From assembly GCA_964016885.1 (NCBI GenBank), contig OZ024742.1, positions 141,670,001-141,734,000 on the forward strand: a stretch of 64,000 nucleotides of DNA, in the 5' to 3' direction. Position 1 is the stretch's first letter, and every line of letters starts with the position of its first letter. Source of the stretch: Eledone cirrhosa (taxonomy: Eukaryota). Shown one piece after another: positions 29,061 to 44,090 of this stretch. The position numbers were made by a program, and so were the translations under genes. The notes beneath the pieces are model-generated. The model worked only from the letters and a program-made list of their open reading frames with translations, made no database searches and was not told the origin of the DNA.

Positions 29061-29669
29061 TACCATTATACTATTTACTATTAATAGTGACTGTTTACTT
29101 CGAAGTTTTGCCAACATTACCGGCATATCAAATCTGCCCGATATATATGCCCGATGCGCTGACGATTCTACTAAACAACCTAACAACCTCACAGATCCTC
29201 TTCTTAAATGTGGATTTTAACAATGATACAATGCCATACATTTTGGGAAAGGTAGCAGTCCATTCTGTCGACTTCACTACTTCACAGGTACATACTCAAG
29301 ATATAAAATGCAGAAACAAATACCACGAAATATTTTGTGTAATGCTGTAATTTACTGCCAACCCACCACCCTATAATTGAATACCACAAGGTATTATTTC
29401 TGACCATGTAATATTGATTTCTGAACTGTTCTGAAAGATATCTTACAGCTTCAATTCTTAAGCAAGTCACTTTCTTCACTGCTGTCTACTTCATTGAAAA
29501 CCATATCAATATATATATAACTATATATTATTACATTGCAGCAACACCAAATCTATTTTTAGCGTCAAAGTATGGTATGATCATTAATATAATATGATAC
29601 CATATATAAACATGAGATGTAAACCCTCTGTTGGCTTCCACACACATACATACATCTATCACCCATATA

Positions 29670-29749
<80 letters not shown>

Positions 29750-29780
29750 ATGTATATATGTATCTATGTATTATGTATGT

Positions 29781-29842
<62 letters not shown>

Positions 29843-29868
29843 ATATGTATCTATGTATTATGTATTCT

Positions 29869-29934
<66 letters not shown>

Positions 29935-30062
29935 ATATGTATCTATGTATTATGTATGTATGTATGCATATGTATATATGTATATCAATCTCACTCACTC
30001 TCTCTCTGTCTGTCTGTCTCTATCTCTCTCTATCTCTCTGTCTCTGTCTCTGTCTCTCTCTT

Positions 30063-30153
<91 letters not shown>

Positions 30154-30178
30154 TTGTGTGCGAGTGTGTTTGTTTATA

Positions 30179-30249
<71 letters not shown>

Positions 30250-31728
30250 CCAAAGACAGAAGTGGGAGACAAAGAGATAGAGATACATAGATCAACATAT
30301 CACGTAGAGACAGCATTTCTCCAAAATTAGAAAGGAAAAAAAGAAAAGTGAATTTTTTCTAGAAACAGAAATTGTTATATTTCTGTCTCTTTGTATTATT
30401 CTGAATTAAAATAATCTTACAGTAATACGTGAAGAAACTACATAGATGGCAGTTGAAATTGTTTCGATGACACCATATTTTTGATACTGGACATAAAATG
30501 GCGACACCATACTGCAACATAACATAGAGCCATGATGGCTAAGATGATGATGTCAACGATAAAATCGTGCTATATAAAATTTCCTACCGGAGTCTTTTGC
30601 TTTATTCTACTCTTTCAAAAATTCGTTTAAACTAGAAATAATTTAACTAGCATGTTGAAAATTATTTTCATTTTTGGAAGTAGTAGAAGATGTTCTATGC
30701 GTGTAGCAATAGTATCGTCCGAGATCTAGAAGCAGTACTCCATTGGTGGTCTCAACTGAGATTTGTAGAGGATTAATAGCTGTTGTTTGGGGTAGATGGG
30801 TGGGTGAAGTGGAACACCAAGCTTTTTGATGCGGCTATTGCTATGTTGAGTAGCTTCACCACGAGAGTTTCTCAGTGACGGTGAAGCCAAGCATTTGCGA
30901 CGTCGTTGAGGATTCTATAGTATTTGTATTTCTAAGTGAGCACATGCCCCTTCTGAGTGAAAATAACAATTTCAAAGTGAACACATTTCTCTTAAACTTG
31001 AACATACTTGATTTAATTGCTCCTAAAGAATGTATCTCCACACAGAGAGAATGTAGTAAGAAAGACTTCATCAAACAGAGAACACAATACTATGATAAAC
31101 AAGACAATGAAAAACCGGCAATTTTACAATAATTATTTTCTCTGTATAACTTATTTTATATGGAATTACTGTATGTTTTGATAAAATCTGATGCAGTGTA
31201 CAACTTACAAATTCATTGTGCGAACTGATCTTTTACGTCCAATGCAGCACATAATCGTTTGAGTTTAATTGCTTCATCTCTAAACAGTATTTTTCTGTAA
31301 AGCCTTAACAAGCAGTGTCAAGTGGAATACAGAAAACTCCAAGTGTCCATTATCGCTCATAGTGACTACATAAATTTGTGTTAATGTTGTGAATCGGAAT
31401 ACAGTGCAAATGAATTTATGTTGCTTTGGCCTTTTTCTAATAGATAAATTATGTTAATCTCACCTTGAAATTGCTCTTCTCATTTTGAACTGGCAAAGTC
31501 TCATTTAACTTGAAATCTTTAAGCTCACTTCAAAGCTGAAATGTTTCCTTTGAAGTGACACGTGCTCACACAGAAATACAAATACCTTAGTTGTATGCGT
31601 GTAATTCTTTTTGGAAAGAAGAATATTTTCTTGAGATGTGCAGTGCTTGTCTTTGTGCTGTTAAAGAAGACAAAATTAATATGACGTTCATTGAAGGATA
31701 TTTCCGAAGGCTTTGTTTATATATGTAT

Positions 31729-31759
<31 letters not shown>

Positions 31760-31774
31760 AGTATATATATATTA

Positions 31775-32125
31775 GTTTTGCGAGTTTTTTATATGAAATC
31801 GTGTGTCGAAACAAATATTGTTATACTTGGGGAGGGTCATATTTGTGTAATATTGCCAGAATTAATAACAGAACACACTCACTGTTTGGTTGGTTTGCGC
31901 TTTTCGCTTCTGTGTCTTTTATATCGGTAACCTAATTTACTCGGTCCTCAATGTTGCCATTGACTGACCGACGGTCAAAAATAATACAGATACAATATAG
32001 ACACAAACACATATATATAGTTTATCATAAATCTTTCGTTGCACATCTGCAACATCGTCAGTGGTGCTATTGTTTCCTCCTTTTGTATTGTATGTCTACG
32101 CCATTTTTATTCAGTCTGTCTATAT
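31775..32125 (-). mobile_element. Dispersed repeat (copy at 35045-35365) with a hammerhead-like motif at ~32023-32066
   Basis: Minus strand reads ca-CTGACGA-t-gttgca(gatg)tgcaac-GAA-agattt-A-tg. It shares atattgttatacttgggagggtcat with the 62/32905 family. Confidence 0.65.
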
Positions 32126-32139
32126 AGACAGACTGAATA

Positions 32140-32376
32140 AAAATGAGCTGACATTTGGGATGCTCCCATACAGCTCTGAGTTTTTCATCCTCAGTGTATA
32201 CTGATTAATGTTCAGAGCCATCCTCAGCATTCTCATGTAGCACCCATCCACCATCTGAGTGAGTTTCTTGGTCAGTGTCCAAGTCTCAGACCCATACAGC
32301 AGCACAGACTCGACTACAGCAATGAAGAGGCGGATTTTCAGGTCTCTACGAAGGTCCGACTTCCACACCGACTTCC
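32140..32376 (-). mobile_element. RTE-clade LINE ORF fragment (post-RT region)
   Basis: WKSDLRRDLKIRLFIAVVESVLLYGSETWTLTKKLTQMVDGCYMRMLRMALNI contains the typical RTE LLYGxETW motif. Confidence 0.85.
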
Positions 32377-32407
<31 letters not shown>

Positions 32408-32409
32408 CT

Positions 32410-32441
<32 letters not shown>

Positions 32442-32494
32442 CTTATATGTGAAAAAATGGGGAGAAGAATACTGCAGGTTGCACATGGATAACA

Positions 32495-32561
32495 TGTTAT
32501 AAAATGAGTCCCTCATCAGTGATTTGCCAACGATCACTGATGAGGGACTCATTTTATAACA
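32495..32561. repeat. Short fold-back containing CTGATGA on both strands
   Basis: tgttataaaatgagtccctcatcagtgat pairs with atcactgatgagggactcattttataaca. Confidence 0.8.
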
Positions 32562-32872
32562 ACGATCATAGATATTTCATTGCATTAAAAATCATATACC
32601 TCACGTTGGTGCAATAATAACTAAATTAAGTTATTAGGACAATTAAAACGCGTAAAGCTAGTGAGACAAGTAACAACAAAGAGGAAAGCTAACCGTAGAT
32701 AGGAAGAGGCACAAGCTACATAGTTATTCTGTCAGCATAAGCTGGGTGAATATATGAGCGCGTAGAAAATAGACCTTTCGAGATGAATCCAAATGTAAGA
32801 AAGAAGGAAATTGTTTTCGTCGCGAACGGGGTGAAGTGAGAAGGGGAGAAACAGTGAGTGAGTGAGTGGAAG

Positions 32873-32904
<32 letters not shown>

Positions 32905-32907
<3 letters not shown>

Positions 32908-33313
32908 TTCGTTTCTGAATTTGTTTAGCAAGATTCTTTATCTGAAATCGTGTGTTGAAACCGATATTATTATACTTTGGGAGGGTCATGTTGCCAATAA
33001 GAAACACACGCACCAGTTGCTTTCACTTCAATTTATTATATATTTATAAATTTATAAATTTACAAATCAACAAACTTATAAATTTCTGGTTGGTTGGTTG
33101 GTTCCACAACCAGATAGTTGTTTAGTTGTTTATAGTTGACGAAAGGACTATGACTATATATAAACAACTATCTGGTTGTGGAACCAACCAACCAACCAGA
33201 AATTTATAAGTTTGTAGATTTGTAAATTTATAAATTTATAAATATATAATAAATTGAAGTGAAAGCAACTGGTGCGTGTGTTTCTTATTGGCAACATGAC
33301 CCTCCCAAAGTAT

Positions 33314-33320
<7 letters not shown>
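32905..33320. mobile_element. Fold-back element, second copy of the 62-348 family with longer arms and a different centre
   Basis: Arms ~32964-33123 and ~33161-33320, flanked by (TA)n. Confidence 0.85.
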
Positions 33321-33354
<34 letters not shown>

Positions 33355-33395
33355 TATATATATACATACATATATATACATATATATATATATAA

Positions 33396-33602
<207 letters not shown>

Positions 33603-33703
33603 CATATATGTATACATAAATATATATATCAGTATATATATATAAGTATATATATATATATATAAGTATATATATATATATATAAGTATATATATATATA
33701 TAA

Positions 33704-33844
<141 letters not shown>

Positions 33845-33891
33845 TATATATATATATATATATATAAGTATATATATATATATAAGTATAA

Positions 33892-33931
<40 letters not shown>

Positions 33932-34038
33932 TATATACATATATATATCAGTATATATAAGTATATATATATATATATATATATAGATGAGATTCTACAG
34001 GACTAGAACTGTTTCATTCATTAGAAATCATCAGGAAT

Positions 34039-34087
34039 GATTCCTGATGATTTCTAATGAATGAAACAGTTCTAGTCCTGTAGAATC
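34039..34087 (+). ncRNA. Type I hammerhead ribozyme (intact core)
   Basis: gattc-CTGATGA-tttc(taat)gaat-GAA-acag(ttctagtc)ctgt-A-gaatc. Confidence 0.85.
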
Positions 34088-34170
34088 TCATCTATATTAA
34101 AACTGTTATACTCTGCTATGTATTGAGTACCTTACTTACTGTGGTTACCTCCGATTCAACCCGGAATAAC

Positions 34171-34265
<95 letters not shown>

Positions 34266-34397
34266 TATGTATATATATATATATATATATATATAAGTAT
34301 ATATATATATATAAGTATATATATATATATATATAAGCATATATATATATATATATAAGTATATATACGTTATTCCGGGTTGAATCGGAGGTAACCA

Positions 34398-34446
34398 GAT
34401 TCCTGATGATTTCTAATGAATGAAACAGTTCTAGTCCTGTAGAATC
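34398..34446 (+). ncRNA. Type I hammerhead ribozyme, identical copy of 34039-34087
   Basis: Direct sequence identity. Confidence 0.85.
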
Positions 34447-34513
34447 TCATCTATATTAAAACTATAAGTATATATATATATATATAAGTATATATATATA
34501 TATATATATATAA

Positions 34514-34596
<83 letters not shown>

Positions 34597-34682
34597 TATA
34601 TACATATATATATCAGTATATATAAGTATATATATATATATATATATATAAGTATATATATATATATATATATATATATAAG

Positions 34683-34732
<50 letters not shown>

Positions 34733-34843
34733 AGTATATATATATATATAAGTATATATATATATATATATAAGCATATATATATATATATATAAGTATA
34801 TATATATATATAAGTATATATATATATATATATATATATATAA

Positions 34844-35365
<522 letters not shown>

Positions 35366-35481
35366 ATTTATTTATTTATTTGCTTGTTTGTTTATCTTAT
35401 TTTATTTTGTCTTCTTTGCGCATGCGTTTGCGTGTGTGCATAGTGTTATGTGTGCTGTGTGACTAGTGTGTATAGTGTTGT

Positions 35482-35684
35482 GTCTGCTGGGTGACTAGTG
35501 TGTGTTTATGTGCTTGTTGTTATTGTGCTTGTGTATGTATTTATTTATCTTATTTTATTTTATTTTATTTATTTATTTATTTAAATAAATACATTTATTT
35601 ATTTATTTATTTATTTATTTAATAAATACATACACAAGCACAATAACAACAAGCACATAAACACACACTAGTCACCCAGCAGAC
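35482..35684. repeat. Fold-back with an (TTTA)n-rich centre
   Basis: gtctgctgggtgactagtgtgtgtttatgtgcttgttgttattgtgcttgtgtatgtatttatt is followed by its reverse complement at 35621-35684. Confidence 0.85.
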
Positions 35685-35694
35685 TATATATATG

Positions 35695-35730
<36 letters not shown>

Positions 35731-35765
35731 TGTGAGAAAAAACACAGACCCTCCATCTCAACTAA

Positions 35766-35803
35766 CCTTTTGAAAAGCAGAAGAACTGCGAAACCGGTAA
35801 AGG
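35766..35803 (+). ncRNA. Hammerhead ribozyme with U3-A8 variant core, in repeat 35730-35945
   Basis: cctt-TTGAAAA-gcag(aagaa)ctgc-GAA-accggt-A-aagg. Confidence 0.8.
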
Positions 35804-35968
35804 AACCAAATAAATATATATATTTAAAAAAAAAAAAATAAGACTCCAGTTGCATTTTCGATTTCATCTCTTTTTCTTTATACTTTCACTCGTGTAGGAC
35901 ACCTCGGTTATTTTTCATTTTGTAAAAATCCCTCACTTTCTAATATATATATATCTATAGATATATAA

Positions 35969-36082
<114 letters not shown>

Positions 36083-37448
36083 TTATATACATTTATATGC
36101 ACACACCCACACAGAGACATATATATATATATTCAATTACCAGCAGTTTTGTAACAACCGGCATATATAATTGCTTGCATGCTATGTTTATCTCAAACGA
36201 AAAGCATTCACATACGTATAGTATCTAAGCGTTTTCTTTCCACAAAAGTGCCAAGAATTATTAACAATTGTTGTGGAGTCAAATGTATAAGGAGAGGTTT
36301 GAGGGATATTTGACTGTTCTTTTAGTAGGTTGATCGACCATACAAATGTTTCCTCGTTGTCTCATAAATATTTGTTAATCACTTTCATCCGAATATTTCT
36401 TTCCTGTGTATTTTCATCTGTCTTATAATAAATTGTATCCATAACTCTTTCAAACGATGGAATACAGTTGCCAATTCTGTGTTAATAAAATATCTTCAAA
36501 AAAAGGTATACTGTAATGGTTTCACTTTGCTCTTTTTTAAAGACCTTGGGATTAAAAACTGTAAAATAACAATATTGTATATTTACAGATGTATATTGCT
36601 CCTTCTGCTTACAGTAAACAATCCCATCATACTTGTTATATCAACTGGCAGTTAGTCATTTTTAACCCCAATTCATCCTTGATCGAGCAGATCTATGCTC
36701 AAAGGTGTTCCAACCATTACTATCACGGATTCGATATCGCTGCGTTTACATCTTGGGCAAGTATCTCTACAGAAACTGCGTTGAAGTCTGCTGCTTGCAT
36801 TGTGCCTGAAATTCAAATGTCCAGCCTTGTCACATTTTGTTTCATCCTGATTCCATCTTATAATTACGCTAAATTTACACGTGTCTGTGGAATACCCAAC
36901 CACTTATATGTTAATTTACGTGTCGGATGTTCAGTTCATAATACCACTAAATGCACATCGTCGAAGCAGACCAAAAATCCATGGTCTATTGGGCATCTCG
37001 TTTTTAAGGCTGTATGATGGGTTAAGAAAGAAATTTGGTTGCTATTTCTAGCAAAACTAACAGTCATCTATCAAGAAACTTTCTCCTCGTGCACCTCCAG
37101 TGATTGGATACGAACTGATAATACTTCGAGAAGTAGTTTTGCATCTTATGTAAATGGTTAAATGCAACTTTTAGGTTGTTGAAAAATCGATATTAATTTC
37201 TTCCAATTTGGTGATCAGAAGATTACGTTATTGTTTTTATATTTATAACAATCCGCGACATTGAAGACATCTTTTTTATCCCGATTAGAAAGTCAATATA
37301 TTCTATTTGTTCATAAAGTTTGAAAATCTTTTATATTATATATAGAAAAAATTCTCTGCCACTTCTAATGTCAACCTTGCTGAAACAGACTCCTCTCAAA
37401 TCAAAGCTATTCATGTTTTGACCATTACCCCCTCTCTCTCACTCTCTC

Positions 37449-37539
<91 letters not shown>

Positions 37540-37607
37540 ATATATGCACAGAGAGAGAGAGAGAGAGAGAGAAAGAGAAAGAATGAAGACATAACTAATC
37601 GGCCTTT

Positions 37608-37702
<95 letters not shown>

Positions 37703-37727
37703 CACATATATATATACATATATATAT

Positions 37728-38086
<359 letters not shown>

Positions 38087-39143
38087 AAAGAGAAAACTGA
38101 AGTGGAAACAATTATCGAACGCGCCCTCATATCGGAGTGGTATGAGAAGCTGTCGATTATGTGACCTTGAGCTGTTCCACATTTTGAGTTCGAAGAATAA
38201 GTTACTCAACAATAACATCGAAAGATCAATTTATTGTAACCATAGACTCAAAGAAAAGTTTTCGCACTACAAGTGCAAATCGAACCCTTAACCTCTTACT
38301 ACTAATTGAAAAACTGCATATACTTAGACTTTATACCCTATTATTGTATCTAAATCCTTTTAATTACCCACAAAAAACAATGCCTATAGCCCTCCCTTCT
38401 CCTTCATTCCTCTTATATTTCTTCTATTTCTTCCTTTCTTCCCTCCCCTTTTTGGCTATTTTTTCTTTTCTTCTTTCTTGCCCCTTCTTTAATTTTATTT
38501 TTGTCATTATTATCTTTATCTTTATTTTTTATATATATATTTATCTCTTTATATCCCCCCTCTCTCTCTCTCTCTCTCTCCATCCCTCCCACTATGATAA
38601 ATTTAATTCTCTTTAACTCACTACATTCGACGACATGAAGTCTACATATCAAAACTGACCAAGGAATCCTTCCACCTCTACCCCTCCCTCCATCTCAGTT
38701 TGCCACCCTACTTCCTAACTCTTCTCCCCCTTCCTCTCTCTCTACACTATTCCGTGTGTCCCCTCACCTTCTAATTCCTCTTCCTCTCCCTCGAAAAATG
38801 TTTTTCTCCATATATTAAGAACTATTTCAAGAGTAACTTACTCACTATTTTGAAAATTTGGACGTGAACAACAATTATAATTGAGTGGCTGCTATTTGCA
38901 GTATAGCAATATAAGGTTGCACTTACCAATGAAACGGTCGTAAATACCTGGATAAAATCCTTCTCTTAATGCTTACCTGTGTTTTCTCTTTTATACTTTC
39001 TTACAAACTTGTGGAGTTACCCCTAACCGTACGTTGAAACCGTCCATGAAACTGGCTTTCTTAACCACGAACTGGATCACAATAAGCAATTTTCTGCTTC
39101 CCTAACTATATATATATATACATATATACATATATATATATAC

Positions 39144-39246
<103 letters not shown>

Positions 39247-39273
39247 CATAGATATATATATATACATATATAC

Positions 39274-39314
<41 letters not shown>

Positions 39315-39333
39315 TATATACATATATATATAC

Positions 39334-39398
<65 letters not shown>

Positions 39399-39600
39399 CA
39401 CATATATATATATACATATATACATATATATATACATATATATATACATATATATATATACATATATATATCTATACATTTTATATATATATATATACAT
39501 TTTATATATATATATATATACATTCTATATATATATATATACATTATATATATATATACATTATATATATATATACATTTATATATATATATATATATAC

Positions 39601-39639
<39 letters not shown>

Positions 39640-39701
39640 TATATATATATGTATGTATATATATATATACATTATATATATATATATATATACATTATAT
39701 A

Positions 39702-40290
<589 letters not shown>

Positions 40291-40348
40291 TTATTATATA
40301 TATATAATAAAAGGGCGATTAGTTATGTCTTCATTACGTTCATTGAGT

Positions 40349-40433
40349 AGTGACGCGTGTTTCACTATTGATCGGCTCAAGTTACGATCTGTATCGATCT
40401 AGCCCGTCTCTAGAATCAAAAGCTCATCGGACC
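40349..40433 (-). ncRNA. Hammerhead-like motif with long stem II and CCGATGA core
   Basis: Minus strand reads ggt-CCGATGA-(~60 nt)-GAA-acacgcgt-C-act. The downstream flank recurs at 37581-37615. Confidence 0.55.
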
Positions 40434-40448
40434 TCTGCGCTACATTCC

Positions 40449-40524
<76 letters not shown>

Positions 40525-40822
40525 CTGTGTGTGTGTGTGTATACAATTTATATATATAACCATAGCTGATTGAGGTAATACGACGACAACAATAACAACA
40601 GCGGGCCTGTTTGTTATCGATTGAGCTGCTAGAAATAGCAGTGACATCTCATTAAATTCACAACAGACCGCCTTAAAGTGGGATTGGCATATTGATCAAT
40701 GTAGTCCTAGCTAAAAGACGGAATAATTACGCTTGGATTCGACTTTCATCACAAGTCTACTCAGCCAATGTTGATATGATAAATAACAACACCAGCTACA
40801 AAAACCACAGTGACAAAGACAA

Positions 40823-41003
40823 ATAATTGTTTCTACTTTAGGCACAAGGCCAGCAATTATCCAGTGAATTACTGGTACTTTATTTTATCGACCCCGTAAG
40901 GATGAAAGGCAAAGTCAACCTCGGCGGGATTTGAACTCAGACGTAACTATGCTGGAAAGAATGGCGTCCGACCCTCTAGCGATACTGCCAATTCACCGCC
41001 CTT
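40823..41003 (-). mobile_element. tRNA-derived SINE
   Basis: Reverse-complement match to the consensus. Confidence 0.85.
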
Positions 41004-41169
41004 GAGTAGACAAAGACAAATAATAACGACAAAAATGATATTGGTAACGTCAACAGTAATAAGAATTGTAATAGAAATGACGACACAAAAACTAGAACAA
41101 GACCAACAACCAAAACATTAAATTACAGACGAAGTGTTAATCGATGTTATAGACATGATTCTTGTGGTA

Positions 41170-41686
41170 TTATTATTATTATTATTATTGTTCTTTGAGG
41201 CTCAGTTATTGATGTTATTGAACTGGAAAGTTTGTTGAAATGAATATCAAGTCGCTACTTGCAGCCTCAGATATTCAGGACGTATCGGAGGGTTCTTGCT
41301 GTTCCCAGCAAGCATGCCTTTTGAAGTATTCCAAAAAGCGGGGCTGGACTAATCTTCTTTAACCATCCTTGGAAACTTTTTGAGATAGTACCTAGTGCGC
41401 CTATGACAATCGGAACGACCTTGATTTCATGGCAGTTCCAAATCCTTTTTACCTCCCACTTTAAATCCTGGTATCGGTTAATTTTCTCCCTCTCCTTTTC
41501 TTGCACTCTCGTGTCAAATGAGCAGGCTACATCTACAATCAAGCACGATCTTTTTTCCTTGTCCCAAACCACTAGGTCAGGCCTGTTGTGTTCTAATTTC
41601 TTGTCTGTCTGTATCCTAAAATCCCGTAGCACCTTCACCTGATCGTTTCTATCACCGACTCTGGCTTATGCTCATACCATTTATTA
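41170..41686 (-). mobile_element. 5'-truncated R4/Dong-type LINE (restriction-like endonuclease C-terminus) ending in (TAA)n
   Basis: ORF 41267-41638 reads IQTDKKLEHNRPDLVVWDKEKRSCLIVDVAC...EKINRYQDL...VVPIVIGALG...LQKACLLGTARTLR, with the PD..D motif. Confidence 0.88.
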
Positions 41687-41687
41687 T

Positions 41688-41845
41688 CTCGGCGGGATTT
41701 GAACTCAGAATGCCTTTGCCATTCTGAGTTCAAATCCCGCCGACGTTAACTTTGCCTTTCATCCGTACGGGATCGATAAAATAAAGTACCAGTAATGCAC
41801 TGGGTAATTGCGGGCCTTGTGCCAAAAATTAGAAACAATTATTAT
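41688..41845 (+). mobile_element. 5'-inverted SINE fragment
   Basis: tcggcgggatttgaactcagaatg followed by cattctgagttcaaatcccgccga and then the SINE 3' half. Confidence 0.75.
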
Positions 41846-42097
41846 TATTATTATTATTAAAATAAATAAAGAAATCATTATTATTATTATTGGTCTAAGC
41901 GGACGTATTTTGCTCGCTCACAGTAAGTCGCGTTATTTGCCTGTTAAAATTATTTGTTGTTAAATATTTCTTGTTGTGTAAGGGATATAAGCCCTTAGAC
42001 TTTGCCCCGTGAAGGGGAAAGTATAATATTTGGGCCTTTTGGCCCAAATATCTGAACTTTTTTTACATGTTAAAAAATTTACGAAGAAAAAAAAAAC

Positions 42098-44059
42098 ATG
42101 GCTGAGCCACGCCCCCAGCGATATGTCGGCTGTCGTGCGACAACGACGTAGAAGTTGAGAGGAGCGCTACAGCGAAATTAACACAAATTGATAACACAAA
42201 CACCACCACAAACAAAGTAAACAAAGACACCAATGATACCAATGAGAACTCTACTTTTGAAAAAAATGACAGTAACAGCGACAAAGAAAATACAGATAAC
42301 AAAAAAAAAAAAATAACAAATACAACAAGATCAACACCACTAACATGAAAACAAATAGCGACAACAGCAACAGCAACAATACCAACTGCACCGAGAACAA
42401 CGGTGGCAACAAAGACAACAATGATAACAGCGACAGTGCTAACAACAACACCAACAAGAACAACGACAACACCCCCAACGAAAACAAGAAGAACACTTTC
42501 GCTGCGGCAGCAGCAAAAAAGAGGCCATGCTTCAACATGGACCTCTCAAACAAAGATGAAAAGTTGGCCCAAGCATGGAAGCTCATCAAGCAAGAGCAAA
42601 CCTGGGCCAACTTAACTGTCCCGGTAGAAGCTATTGAGGCAGTGGAGCGCAGAACGGTGCATTATAGATGCATCTCAGCACAAACCAAAAGTGCAGCTTT
42701 AATCCCACAAGAAGTTGTCGAAGTCGCGCTGAGGTTCATCAGAGAAGACACCCAGTACATAGAGAGGGGCAGACAGTACGGCACCATTTCGGTGTTGTTC
42801 AAGTCAGAAGCCCTCGCTATGAAACACGCTATGACTCCTTGCAAAACCAGCAAGGTCATAATGTACCCCTCCCACATGGGAAAAAGAACCAGGACTTGAC
42901 ATGTGGTGGCTTCTGGGATGTGTGATTGTGGAGGGGACGGATACCGTCCCTATAGAAGTGACCAGAACGGCCAGAGAGGACTGGTCCGGGGTTGACCTGG
43001 AGATCCTTCTCAAGATCAGGCCCGAGAATGTGAAGACAATCCCGGACCACATCCGCATTCAGAATGGGACGGTCATTCACATTATGACCGAAGGCAAAAG
43101 GCCGCAGTGTTTTGTTTGTGGGGAAAAAACCCATTTGCGAGCCTTCTGCCCTCAACTGCTGAAAGAGGCAAGGGGTCGAAAGGCTCCACTGCTGCCGACG
43201 CCGGGGCGAGGACCACAACCAACACCAGCACCGGCAAAACCACCAACAACAACACCAATAGAAAGACCACCACCAACATTGACCACCCAGGGGGGAAACG
43301 AGGAAAGCTGTCAAATTCGCCCTCCCCCCCAAAATACACACACCAATAAAACCATAAACATACATACAGACACACTTACAGACATAGACCCCTCATCTAC
43401 CAGTAGTGAAAATGAGGGAAAACCCAAATCCCCCAAAATACAAAAAACTCAACACAAAAAGAAAAAAAAACTCAACAAAGCACAAAAGCACCCACAAGAA
43501 AAAAAACGCAGACACCACCCACGCAGACACCACCCACGCAAACATCTCTCCAATAACACCAACATCAACACCACCATCACCATCACCAGAATCCCCCAAA
43601 CGCAAACAACCGAAACAGACGCAAGAACAAATATACACACAAACATCTGAAACAACAGACACCGCACTCACAACAAACACAGATACAACCGAAACAACAC
43701 CACCAAAACCATCACCACCACAGCCACGCAAACAAATAAAATCACACCAACAAAACATACAAAACTTCGTGATCGTCAGGAGGGCCAACAAGGAACTGAT
43801 GGCCCTCGTAGCACGAAGTGAAAATATACAAAAAGAGGGGGAAATTTTTAAATCGAGCACATTTCGCGTGCCGGAAGATTTGGTTCTGGTGCGAATGTCG
43901 CTCGACATATTCAAAGAAATACGAGACAGCTTTCCTCGGGACGTGGGAACCCCGAACGTAAAACCCACTTCAAGACTTTTAACGGGGTTCCCAAAAGAAA
44001 CCCCACCAACTATAGAGGTCGAACAACCCGACCTTCACAAGAGCCCGGAAGGTAAGTAA
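42098..44059 (+). pseudogene. LINE ORF1 (gag-like, frameshifted) with zinc knuckle
   Basis: CFVCGEKTHLRAFC (CX2CX4HX4C) plus N/T/P-rich low-complexity segments, split across frames. Confidence 0.8.
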
Positions 44060-44090
44060 ACCTTCCTCTCTCTCTGTTTAACCTGCCAAC

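Larger units (their letters stand above)
33983..34462. mobile_element. Hammerhead fold-back cassette with three ribozyme copies (33991-34038 -, 34039-34087 +, 34398-34446 +)
   Basis: Palindrome centred at ~34038. 34366-34397 is the reverse complement of 34142-34172. Confidence 0.88.

Noticed and set aside
30480-31132. Possible host exon or promoter (aaaatggcg motif, 85-aa ORF)
   Set aside because: No recognisable domain or supportable splice structure.
36589-37017. 142-aa ORF preceded by tttacag
   Set aside because: No recognisable homology or donor site, so it cannot be distinguished from chance or decayed TE sequence.
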